NCBI RefSeq assembly: GCF_001194135.2
Contig: NC_069003.1
Span: 32,100,660-32,164,659, forward strand
Source of the DNA: Octopus bimaculoides
Taxonomy: Eukaryota
Length of the DNA stretch: 64,000 bases
Direction: 5' to 3'
Shown here: positions 12,738 to 24,405 of the stretch, piece after piece
How the letters are laid out: each line of letters begins with the position of its first letter
Position numbering within the stretch: position 1 is the first letter of the stretch
The notes under the pieces: model-generated
What the model saw: the letters and a program-made list of their open reading frames with translations, nothing else
Told to the model about the DNA's origin: nothing
The model's database searches: none
Position numbers and translations under genes: made by a program

Positions 12738-13224
12738 GTATTGGTCACTCTAGTCTTGCGGATGAAGTTCAGCAAACATTATTGGTGCTGTCCCTTCTTT
12801 CTGAAAGAAAAGAGAGAAAATGATCATTGGAAACAAATATTATATTTCATGCTATAAATCTTTATTTCTCTTCTGCTGCCATCTTGCTTTATTCTGCGAC
12901 AATCTAATGGGACAGCTACATTTAATTAGTGTTATTACCCTATATTATGTATTTATGTATCGTGAACAACTATGTCTGTTTGGTTCACTGTTATTGATCT
13001 GTTTTCTCTCTCTCTCTCTCTCTCTGCTATAGCCCACTGTCCCCACTCATATTCATATACTGATTTTTGGGAATTTTTTTTTTTCTCTCTCAATTTTGTT
13101 ATCATAATTTTGTATTTTTGCCTTTCAAGGCTGTATTTACTACACAAATGTCACTGAATTATTGGTATCAGATTGGCAGATTTGGTAGCAAGGATTTGTA
13201 GTTTTTTAAAATTTTTTTTATCTT

Positions 13225-13442
13225 ACACCTACTTGTTTCAGCTACTGGACTGCAGCCATCCTGGGGTATTGCTTTGAAGGATTTTAATTGAACGAATTGA
13301 CCCCAGTACTTATTTTGTCATGCCTAATACTTACTCTATGGGTCTCTTGTGGCAAACTCCTGTTACAGGGATGTAAACAAACCAATGTTGGTTGTCAGGC
13401 AGTGGTGGGGGACAAACACAAAGATACACGCAGATATATACA

Positions 13443-13475
<33 letters not shown>

Positions 13476-13625
13476 GATGGGCTTTTTTCAGTTTCAGTCA
13501 ACAAAATCCACTCACGAGGCTTTGGTTGGTTTGGAGCTATAATAGGTGCCCAAGGTGCTGTCAGTAGGATTGAATCCAGAACCATATGCTTGGGAAGCAA
13601 ACATTTTATCACACAGCCACACCCT
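13225..13625 (-). mobile_element. Family A SINE with expanded internal (TG)/(TA) tract
   Basis: Tail, internal microsatellite and tRNA-like head are all present. Confidence 0.8.
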
Positions 13626-14255
13626 TGCTTATATTATGAATCTTTATCTTTGAGTTCAACACCCTGACTTGTTCCTTCAGTGCCTTTTGCAGAGTTCACT
13701 CTAAAAAGCATTTGTGGACCAGGTCTTGAGTCTGAGGATAACTTTCTTCTTTTATATCACCAGTTTCAGAACCCCTAAGAAAAAAACGGTCATGTATGCT
13801 GCTCTTCTCTCCATGATAAAGTATTAAAGAATACTGGTAGGGCCAACTGTAACTTTCATCTTATTACCAGTCAAGTATTTGAGTTGATATAATTGGCCTC
13901 ACTATCCTCCCACTTCCTCATAAGTTTCTACTCTTGTGACTCTGAGAAATTATTAGTATTACAAGGAGAAACACCACTCTCTGGATGGTTTTTCTTCTAG
14001 TCATTATAATAAGTATATATGTTTATATAGTGGCATGCTGGCAGAATCTTTACTGTATTGGACAAAATACTTAGTGGCATTTCTCTGGTTCTTTACATTT
14101 TGAGTTCAAATCCTGTTGAGGCCAACTTTTCATTTCATCCTTTTGGGGTTGATAAAATGCAGTATCAGTCAGGTATTGGGGTTGATGTAATCAACAAGCC
14201 CTTCCCCCCTAACATTGCTGGCCTTGTACCAAAACTTGAGACAATTACAATGAGG

Positions 14256-14290
<35 letters not shown>

Positions 14291-14414
14291 AATATAAACT
14301 TGATTAATATAACATATTTAAATGTGCAGTGGAAAAGTCTGAGGCTCAGTTTTTCATCCAGAAAATATCATTTTATAGATGTATTGCATAATTTTAAAAT
14401 ATATGTGTGTGTGT

Positions 14415-14692
14415 ATTACTCATATGTCCTTGTGAAAGAAGTACTTATGGTAAATTCTACTTTGCTGATGAGTTCATCATGAAATCAAAACATGTCCGAA
14501 ACTCTTTGCTATAATTGATGAAATATAGTGACAATGGGTTTGTTCTTCTTTACGGCTCAATCATATCTACTTAACTGTTTAATTGTTCCCTGTATGAAGT
14601 ATGTCAATACTAAATAAATGATCTAACTATTAACCTACAAATCTGACTTTCCGTGTATTTATTTCTATTTATGTAATGCAAGGAGTATTAAA
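14415..14692 (+). repeat. Unclassified ~280-bp dispersed repeat with a degenerate hammerhead-like motif (14461-14500)
   Basis: Colinear with the reverse complement of 16937-17212 through shared blocks GGTAAATTCTACTTTGCTGAT, CAAAACATGTC.GAAACT, ATATCTACTTAACTGTTTAATT and CAAGGAGT. Confidence 0.75.
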
Positions 14693-15409
14693 AAAATGTG
14701 TGTGTGTGTATGTATGTATATATATATATCGTGTGTGTATGCATATTTATGTATGTGTACATGTGTGTGTGTATATATATCATTGTAACCATAATGATTA
14801 TAATTATTTCTTATATAGGGACAAGGCCAGAGATATCGTATGAATAGATTAATCAATTAAATTGACTTAGTACTTGACTAGTGCTATACCAATCATATTG
14901 GCATTTGAACTCAGATTGTAAAAATCCAGGACAAATATGTAGGGCATTTTGTCTGGCACTCTAATGATTCTGCCAATCTGCCATCTTGATGATGATAGCG
15001 ATAATTTCTGTTGACTCTATAACACTTTTGAATTTAAATGAATTTTGACAATTTGACACCATCATAATTTATATCAGTGAGGAATTTGATATAAGATCTT
15101 GAGCCAATATTTACTTTGTCTAATGTTGATACTTGATCATTTGTTTTATTCCCAATTCAAACATAACTTGATATGTGGCAACAATGCATTTGGATTTAAC
15201 ATATTGATTTGGGTGGGTGACAAGTGGGCTGGTGGGGTAGGTTGAGTGTGTGTGTGTGTTTGAAGCTGTTTGAATTTTTCCCTAAAGCTTAACAAACAAA
15301 TTTCATGAGGACATGATAGCTTGTTATTCTTGTGCTGCAAACAAACTGTGCAATACCTCTTTGTGTTAGTTATGAAGCTTCTCTAATTCTTTTATTTAGG
15401 AATTAAAAC

Positions 15410-15411
<2 letters not shown>

Positions 15412-15453
<42 letters not shown>

Positions 15454-15570
15454 ATGAGAGTATGCATGTATATATGTGTATGTGTTTGTATATATATCTG
15501 ACTATGTGTGTGTTTGTCTATATATGTGTGTATGTATATGTGTATATATGTATATGTCTGTATGTGTGTG

Positions 15571-15628
<58 letters not shown>

Positions 15629-15734
15629 TATGTATGTATGTATGTGCATGTGTGTTTATATATATGTATATGTATATATATGTGTATGTGTATATATATG
15701 TCTGTATGTGTGTGTATGTATATATGTGTATATA

Positions 15735-15791
<57 letters not shown>

Positions 15792-15945
15792 ATGTATATA
15801 TATGTCTGTGTGTATATATATATATATATGTGTGTGTGTGTATGTGTGTGTATGTGTGTATATGGATGTATATATGTGTGTCCATGTATGCATATGTATA
15901 ATACACACATACATATATATACAAGGATACACACTTGTGCATGTG
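15412..15945. repeat. Large compound TG/TA/TATG microsatellite
   Basis: Directly visible; source of the [12 protein letters not shown] ORFs. Confidence 0.95.
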
Positions 15946-16439
15946 TAAAGGATCAACAGTAAATTGCTTTTTTTTCTTTTCTTTATTCCTTTTCATTTTT
16001 TGCATTAATTAAATGAAAACAGGAAATTCCCTAAGTAAAACGTAATGTAATGTGATATATTTGTTAATTAGTGAATCTTGCAGACATGAAATGCCTCGCA
16101 TCATCTAATTTCTTTTTTATTGTTGTATACTTTGCAAAATCATTGATTTGAAGTCCATTTTACTACGTATGTTATGTTAGTATGAGCTGTATCAGTAACA
16201 CAGACTCTATTTCGTTCTACACATGATTTTAATGCTTTTTCTCTCCTCCATCTCATTGCTGACATTGAAATACTTTGTCTCAAATCTCTGAAATGTTGCC
16301 CTCTTCTAGGGTCGATAAAATCAGTAACGGACAAAGTGAAGTACTGGTGTTGATATAATCGACTAAAAAATGCTTGGAAATAGAGCTCCAACATGGCCAT
16401 ACATCAGTGACTGAATGAAACCAAAAAAAAAAAAAAATT

Positions 16440-16750
16440 ATGTATATGTGTGAGTGCATATGTGTATATGTATATATATGTATGTGCATATGTGTGTATG
16501 TATGTGCATATGTATGTGTATATGTACATANNNNNNNNNNATGTGTGTATGTGTATATATATATGTATGTGCATATGTGTGTATATATATATATAGATGT
16601 GCATATGTATGTATGTATGTGCATATGTGTGTATGTATGTATGTATGTATATGCTAGTATATAAATGTATGCATATGTGTGTGTGTATATATATATATAG
16701 TTGTGTATATTTATGTATATATGTATACATGTGTGTGTGATTGTGTGTTG
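16440..16750. repeat. Compound TATG/TG microsatellite spanning a 10-N gap (16531-16540)
   Basis: Directly visible. Confidence 0.95.
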
Positions 16751-16936
16751 TAATTATCTAATTAGTTGGTTGGTTCCCCATTTCTCTTGAGTGAAATAGA
16801 AACTAAATAGCCCATCTTATATCCTCATTTTATCCTTCCTTGTTCTCTTTTATGACATAATTACTTCTAAGCTTTCGACTCAGTCTGTCCATCAGTGTGA
16901 CTGTCTATTTAAGTAATGAAGTTAGTGTTAGAATTG

Positions 16937-17212
16937 TTTAAGCACTCCTTGTATTATGCAGAAATGAATACGTAATTAAACAAATTTGTAGGCTAATAGA
17001 TAAATAGTTTAGTTAGTATTGAAATACTTTCATGTAAAGAGTAATTAAACAGTTAAGTAGATATAACTATGCAGTAGGGTAGGAAAAACCCATTAGTGTT
17101 ATATTTCATCAATTATATCAAACAGTTTCAGACATGTTTTGGTCTTATTATGAACTTATCAGCAAAGTAGAATTTACCATATGTATTTCTTTGACAAGTA
17201 CATATGAGTAAT
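16937..17212 (-). repeat. Second copy of the 14415-14692 repeat, inverted
   Basis: The reverse complement aligns to 14415-14692. Confidence 0.75.
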
Positions 17213-17411
17213 GAGCATACACTTCAGTAAATAAACAATAATTCAAGCAGTGAAATCAGATTTTGCTCTTGGCATGAAATTAATTTTGTGGACCTCAACC
17301 ACATGGTTTAAGGTTCAGTTCAACTGTGCTGGGTCTTGGGCAATGCAGTGGGACTGAACTGCCTCCTACAATAACCTCAGGTTGATAGAAGTCTTGTGAT
17401 TGAATTGGGTG

Positions 17412-17745
17412 TCATCATCATCATCATCATCATCGTTTAACGTCTGCTTTCCATGCTAGCATGGGTTGGACGACTTGACTGAGGACTGGTGAAACCGGAT
17501 GGCAACACCAGGCTCCAATCTAAATTTGGCAGAGTTTCTACAGCTGGATGCCCTTCCTAACGCCAACCACTCAGAGAGTGTAGTAGGTGCTTTTACGTGT
17601 CACCTGCACGAAGGCCAGTCAGGCGATACTGGCAATGGCCACGCTCGAAATGGTGTCTTTTATGTGCCACCCGCACAAGCCAGTCCAGGGGCACTGGCAA
17701 CGAATCTCGCTCAAAAATCCTACGGGAGCCAGTCAGGCGGTACTG
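17412..17745 (-). mobile_element. Family E element, relatively young (CpGs retained), with (GAT)n tail
   Basis: (CAT)7 then CGTTTAACGTCTGCTTTCCATGCTAGCATGGGTTGGACG...GGATGCCCTTCCTAACGCCAACCAC. Confidence 0.85.
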
Positions 17746-19805
17746 TGTGTATGTGTCTGAAAGTGCTTGTGCCCTTCAGTTTAAATTATTTGCATTACAT
17801 TTTTGCTGATGCAGAACTTTACTAGTTTCTTTCGATTGTATTGCTTTGCTAAATATGCAATCATGCAACACAGACTTGTGTAGGAAAGTAAAAGGGTTTG
17901 TTTCTGGTAAAATATATACACTCTATAATGAGTAGCTATTCATGAGTTTATCCTGGCCTCTTAGTAGTGAGAAAATATTTGCCCAAGATGCCATATAATA
18001 GGACTAAATCCAAGACCCTGTGTGTGTGTGTGTGTGTGTGTGCGTGTGCACAATGGGCTTGTGTACAGTTCCCATCTACTAAATTTCTCTCATAAAATGA
18101 AAAAAAAAACAACTCTTTTTTTTTAATGTTAACAATACAATCAATAAAAAAAGTCTTTTATATAAATTTATTTATTTTTCGATTTGGCACAAAAAAACAT
18201 TTTCTTTTTTTCCAGAGGGAAATAGTTGACTGAATTGACCTCAGTATAGAATTAGTTGTACTTATTTTATCTAATCTTGGAGTGGAAGAATAATGAAGTT
18301 GATGCAGATAAGTTTTTATTGAACTATGATCCAATTAAGAACAAACTAAATATTGTATTTTTACAAATCCAATGGGAATAGCCATTAAAATTTCTGATTT
18401 TGGATTCATTTGAGTAGTTCAGGCTCTATTGTTACCCCAATCACATACCAGAATACTTCACCCTTAGTTCGTACTGAATTTTCTGGCATACGCATAGACA
18501 TAGAATATATTCAAACATTCACTATCTTTCCAAAGCCTGCTGCATTTCACATGAAATTTTTGATTCTCCAAAGTCATCTTGGTGTAATAAGTTAGCATTT
18601 TTGGCTGTAAATTTTGGTCTGAAAAATTTGACTTTTACACCAGAAAATATGGTAGCTTCTTATTCAAAATTTCTGAAGCAGCGTTATTTTTAAGGGATTC
18701 CCTATCCACCACTCAGCTGATCTGGCAGCAGGGTATGAAGACAAATTAGACAGAGGGATTAATCAGAGAGAATCAACACATATTGTAGATAAACTGTGGA
18801 TCAAAACCCTGCAAGCTGAAAGTTATCTACTGATATAAGTGGCAGTGTGTTTTTTCTCTCTCTTTGCCTATCACCTTGATATGAGCAGCAAAGGCAATTA
18901 GCTTACTATGATATTTTGCTGTTGCTGGTTTTTTTTTTTGTTAAAACACTGACAGTTCTTTTAGTTTGCATAGTGAATAGAAGAAATGTACATTATAATT
19001 TTAGCTGTTCATATATAAAATTTATGAAGTTATATATATATATATATATGTGTGTGTAATTACTTTTGCATTTTATTATTTATTAAATGATAGAGGGGAA
19101 TGTCTATTTTATTCAATTAATCCTTTTAAATATAGTTTCTCTGATAATGACTAAACTTAAAATCATAGTTTCACAGTTGCTATGTGTTTATGTCTAATAA
19201 AATATTTAAACTCTACTTTGGTACTGAGTCATTTTTTGCCAGTTAATGTCCTTTGCTGTTTTTAATGGTTTTTTTTTTTTTTAGGCACCAGCAGCTCTCT
19301 CTCTCTCTCTCACAGACGTATGTGTGTGTGTGTGTGTATAAAATTGGGAATGTGAAGCTCCAAGTAGCGATTCAGCTTTGAATAAATAAAATATGTAGGT
19401 GTGCATGTACACAAGTGCGTGTGCGCACGCATGCACACATGCACACTCTTCCCCCCTCTCTTTCCCTTTCTCACTTTCTTTTTCTCTCTCTCTCTACATA
19501 CATATCTAAATATGTATGAATTGTAAGCTAATTTCTACAGTGGGAGGGAAGGAGCATGGTCAAAGAATACTGCCTGGTAGGAGGTATTCTGTTGCCCTCC
19601 ATCACCATAAACATCCCTTTGAGGGACAAAAGGCAAAGTTGTCTCTATAGAGACTTGTACTCAGAATACAGAAAGATAAAGAAAAAATGGTGATGGCAAA
19701 GGGTAGTGGTGTTATAACTTTTTCTCCTATTCCAATATTCTGTTTACTAGAATTGATGAATGAAGTAAAACAAAATTTATTTCAAATAGGTTTTCTCTCT
19801 GTTAG

Positions 19806-19914
19806 ATGATGTAGAGACCAGGTGGCTTAGTAGATAATTATCGACACTGTTACATCTTATGTCACTGGCAACCAGCCTTTCAATGTTTCTACTTCCATCT
19901 TGGCATTTGATTTG
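19806..19914 (+). other. Candidate non-coding exon (109 nt)
   Basis: Acceptor TTTTCTCTCTGTTAG and donor TTG/GTGAGT; stops in all three frames; no repeat recognised. Confidence 0.2.
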
Positions 19915-20059
19915 GTGAGTTGTGCGGGTAGAGGGTGTTAAGTATCAACTGTTTGCGGAATGTTACTTGTGATCGACTGGTGCACTAGCCAATAGAAGGT
20001 GTTTCACACCTATGTAACACCAAAGTAATATGAAGGTGATGAAGAAGAAATGTTTACAC

Positions 20060-20182
20060 TTATCATGGGCAATCTGCAGCCCATGGAACTTTCTGAATGG
20101 CATTCCTAGCAAAAAAAAAAAAAAAAAAAAAAATTTTGTTTTTAATTGAGTGGCCCACCTGATGATGAAACTTGTCTCATGT
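20060..20182. mobile_element. Possible small decayed hAT MITE
   Basis: CATGGGCAATCTGCAGCCC ... GTGGCCCACCTGATGATGAAACTTGTCTCATG; imperfect termini and no clear TSD. Confidence 0.35.
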
Positions 20183-21057
20183 GTCCTGTTCTTTCAAAAA
20201 AGTTGCCAATATCTGCTTAACATTGTTACTTGACATAGTAGAAATAACAGCCAAATCTATCTTGACTCACACTCTTCTGAGTGGCTATTAAATTCCACTT
20301 ACAATGAATTAGTGAGCTTGAGGTTTATAAGTAGAAGTCACTTACTCAAAGTATCACACAGTTGGATTGAACTTGGAACCATGTAGTTTGTGCCTTCTTA
20401 ACCACACAGCCATGCTTGTGTTTACATAATCAGAATGCATGAAGTTGGTGAAACCTTTCATAAACAATATTCTGTTCACATCTTGTTTCTTCATTGCTCG
20501 CCAGATTACAGAACATGGATGGGGCTCTTTGACAAATGGTTTTTGCAGTCTATAAGAACAAGATAAAAGTTCTTCACTTTTACTTGTAACTGTCTATGTC
20601 ATTGTGGAAGAATGATAATATTGTTTGTTTATTCTTAGAGACATGGTGTTCAGTTGCTGGGAATTATTCCATTTGTTTTATTACATCAATGAGAGGGGAA
20701 AAAAAAAAGACTCAAGATATAACTGGATTCTTTCTCTTGTTATTTATGTATTGGTAATGAAATATAGTTGCAAAAAGACATTTTTGGAAGAAAAAAAAAT
20801 ATTGAAATGTGTTTTACTGCCTACCTTATATTTCATAGCTTGCAGCAAATTACTGCTGGTTACTTTTCATATGTTACACCATTTTGATTTTCAAGATTAA
20901 ACTGTACGACTTCTGCTTAAAGGGGATAAATATATCGTTTGTTCTGTTGTCTGTGAGTAGAGAGAAGAAACTATTTGATTAAAATGTACTGTTTGTTTAC
21001 ATTTTCTAATCTCTTTCTCTCTCAGTATGTATGTATGTGTGTGTATATATATATTCT

Positions 21058-21840
21058 TTTATTTGTTTCAGTCATTTGACTGTGGCCATGCTGGAGCACT
21101 GCCTTTAGTCGAGCAAATCGACCCCAAGACTTATTCTTTGTAAGTCTAGTACCAATGTTGGTGTGTTTATGCCTCCATAACTTAGTGGTTCAGTAAAAGA
21201 GACTGATAAATTAAGCACTAGGCTTACAAAGAATAAGTCCTGGGGTTGATTTGTTCAACTAAATGTGGTGGTCCAGCATGGTTGACATTAGGAAGGGCAT
21301 CCAGCTGTAGAAACTCTGCCAGATCAGATTGGAGCTTGGTTCAGCCATCTGGTTCGCCAGTCCTCAGTCAAATCGTCCAACTCATGCTAGCATGGAAAGC
21401 GGACGTTAAACAATGATGATATATACACATATATATATATATATATATATATATGATCATAAGTTTAATGTACATGCACTTTTCCATGTTTGTATGGTTC
21501 AGATGGAGCTTGAATGAGATTTTCTACAGATGGATGCTCTTCCTGTCACCAACCATCACCTTTCTCCAAGCAGGGCAATATTTCCCCATGGCCAGAATAA
21601 TGGAAATGAACGACACTCTTGTATGACAGTGAAAATCATTCAACAACTATCATGTGACATCAAAACTAGGAGATACAATCACACACACACACATATGCAT
21701 TTCTGCCTACCAAATTCACTTACAAGGCTTTGGTCTGCCCAAGGCTATAGCAGAAGACGCCTGCCCAATGTGGCATACAGTGGGACTGAACCCTGAGCCA
21801 TATGTTTGGGAAGTAAGCTTCTTACCACATAGCCACACCT
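21058..21840. mobile_element. Pile-up of SINE pieces: inverted family A tails, an E tail (+), and an A-head/E2-tail copy (-)
   Basis: 21058-21152 A tail (-), 21153-21285 A tail (+), 21290-21418 E tail (+), 21455-21840 A head with E2 tail (-). Confidence 0.75.
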
Positions 21841-22587
21841 AATTATTAATTTTCCTTATAAGTGTAGTAGTAGTAGGAGGAGGAGGAGGAGGATTTAAGG
21901 AGACCATTTCAACCCCAAATCTCACTGGTTACAATAGTGCAAATCATTTAGTTCAAACATGAAGGAGGGTAAATAAATTTTCTGGGTTGGGTACAGACTA
22001 TTAAATTGCTGTTCTTTCACTAAATTTCAATTTTCAGCTGAAAACACTGAAGTGATTCAATAACACACAAATTGTGCATATAATGTTGCATTATTTTCTT
22101 TTCTATTTTTACTTGCATAATATAGGTGAAAGATGCCAAATTTAGGAAGGTGGTGAACACATATAGTTCTTCCATTCTTTCTTTACTATGCAGAGTCTAT
22201 ATATTTAATATTTAGCCAAGCATCAGACAATGGTACTTTATTATACTAAAGATATAAATTGATGATGGTGTAAAATAGTTTTAAAATAACATTACTAAAA
22301 AAATGAAAATAAAAAAATCCATAATTTATGCATTAAAATGAAGAAACAATTAATTTTTGTCAGAAATAATTTGATTTTGTGAAGATTAATTCCTTTTTTA
22401 TAAGAAAATAATTATTATCTGTTAAAGAATTTTATTGATTTCTTTACATTTCATGTAGCTGAGGAAGAAGTTCAGTTAATAGAATTGATCCTAGAATATT
22501 ACTGGTGAAATAATTTAAATATCTGAAACTTATAACCTTGTCTTTCAAATAGATTGTTTCAAGTGATTTATTTTACAATCATCATCA

Positions 22588-22760
22588 GATGTTCTGAGTT
22601 CAAATTCCGCCGAGGTCGACTTTGCCTTTCATCCTTTCGGGGTCGATAAATTAAGTACCAGTTACGCACTGGGGTCGATGTAATCGACTTAGTCCCTTTG
22701 TCTGTCCTTGTTTGTCCCCTCTATGTTTAGCTCCTTGTGGGCAATAAAGAAATAAGAAAC
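22588..22760 (+). mobile_element. Young family B SINE (5'-truncated), followed by a family A tail to ~22985
   Basis: CpG-rich GTTCTGAGTTCAAATTCCGCCGAGGTCGACTTTGCCTTTCATCCTTTCGGGGTCGATAAATTAAGTACCAGTTACGCACTGGGGTCGATG. Confidence 0.85.
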
Positions 22761-23224
22761 CGAAAGCCCATCGTGTGTGTGTGTGTTTGTCCCACTCCCC
22801 ACCACTGCTTGACAATTAGTATTAGTTTATTTACATCCATGTAACTTAACAGTTTGGCAAAAAGAGGCCGAAAGAATAAGTACCAGGCTTAAGAAAAAGT
22901 ACTGGAGTCAATTTGTTTGACCAAACCCTCAAAGGTGGCGCTCTAGCGTGACAACAATTCAATGACTAAAACAGCTAAAAGATGAAGACTGTCCTGTTTC
23001 TAATGTGTAGGCAACCTATCTGTTTCAGTTTATTTTCAATATAATCAAAATTTTGCAGTGATTTAGTAAAACATAGTTGTTATTTAACCCCAATCAACTC
23101 TGACTGAGTGAAGCTATAATCAAAGGCATTCTAACTGTGAAGATCATTCTACCTTTTATTCTGACATGTATGTCTAGAACTGTGTATCATTATCTGATGT
23201 ACCTTCTTTTTAAATAATGCCAAC

Positions 23225-23682
23225 CACTTTACACTGTACTGGATATAGGTAGAAATTCCATACAGTATACTTGGTGCAAGCTATGGACACAGAGATGCAA
23301 TGAGATTGCAGGAAGATGAACAGAGAAAATAAACTTAGTTTGTGGCAGATGTGCAGGAGCAATAAACACTGAGGATACATGGGAAATAAATGTTCTCAAA
23401 TGCTTAGGAAGTTCCCTAGTGATACTACATAGTTTTTGTTACTTAGGTGACCTAATTAACCATGGAGGAGGATGTTCTGAAAGTATAGTTGTTGGAATAA
23501 GAACAGGATGGAGAAAGTTCAGAGAGCTATTACCTATGTTAGGATTAAAAGGTCTCCCCACACTCTCTCTCTCTCTCTGTGAAAGGCATGATGCTTGTGT
23601 ATGAAAAGCACTGCTACATGATAGTGAGATGTGGGCTCTGAATGTAGAGGAGACATAAAGACTAGAAAGGAAGGAATAAAGC
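23225..23682 (+). mobile_element. RTE-clade LINE fragment, same family as 440-822
   Basis: Across stops and frameshifts: GRNSIQYTWCKLWT..RC....VCGRCAGAINTED...SFCYLGDLINHGGGCSESIVVGIRTGWRKFRELLPML...ACV*KALLHDSEMWAL...RLER. Confidence 0.85.
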
Positions 23683-23970
23683 TGGTGCCAATCAGTGGGA
23701 CTGAACCCAGAACCATGTGGTTGGGAAGCAAACTTCTTACCAGACAGCCGTGCCTGCACCTATGTACACATTTATGTTTAACATGTGATTTTGTGAAACA
23801 TAGTTTAAATAATTGATTATTGATCAGAATTCTTATCTATGTTAATGCTTTAGAATGTAGCAGGTTATATAATTCAAGTCATAGCCAATAAATTCTGTCA
23901 GAAGAGTTTTCTGCTCTATCATGAATCAAAGGAGGGAAGACTTAATATTTATTTATATATATATATATAT

Positions 23971-24090
23971 NNNNNNNNNNNNNNNNNNNNNNNNNNNNNN
24001 NNNNNNNNNNNNNNNNNNNNNNNNNNNNNNNNNNNNNNNNNNNNNNNNNNNNNNNNNNNNNNNNNNNNNNNNNNNNNNNNNNNNNNNNNN
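23971..24090. other. Assembly gap (120 N); other gaps at 16531-16540, 40264-40364, 56587-56596 and 60140-60198
   Basis: Runs of n, mostly abutting microsatellites. Confidence 0.98.
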
Positions 24091-24405
24091 ACGATGGGTA
24101 AATTGTCACCATTTTATATTTTTAATTTCGCACATGCACAATGTTTTTGATTTTTTGACTACATAGTATAGTAGGGTCAGTTGGGCACAGTCTGTGAGAA
24201 CAATGGCACCATGACACGATTCACTCTGCCAGAAATTTGGAAACAATACGCTGTACTGTTTAGCATTCATGCCGGAAGCTCCAATACAAACATTTCAGAG
24301 TGTTTGGGTGTCAATCTGAGGACGTCTACTGAGAGTGAAAAAAATTAAACATTCAGTCAACATCATGGTGCTTGGAGTGATCACTAGTGATGGTACTAAC
24401 CATTC
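24091..24405 (+). mobile_element. Internally deleted Tc1/mariner-superfamily remnant
   Basis: MTRFTLPEIWKQYAVLFSIHAGSSNTNISECLGVNLRT (HTH-like, from 24211) is joined in another frame to KHSVNIMVLGVITSDG, matching the Tc1 KHP.SVMVWG.IS..G motif. No TIR pair seen. Confidence 0.6.

Noticed and set aside
15396-16005. Long ORFs up to 230 aa (here, and at 48194-48774, 55858-56668, 59943-60311 and 62530-63980)
   Set aside because: They are translations of TA/TG/AC microsatellites (YIYI, VCVC, HTHT), which lack stop codons by construction.
18372-18413. Kinase-like AIKISDFGF
   Set aside because: A stop follows immediately, and there is no upstream HRD..N motif or acceptor site.
22459-22504. Apparent micro-exon AEEEVQLIELILEYY
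   Set aside because: The sequence resembles a decayed family A SINE tail segment, and the donor is weak.
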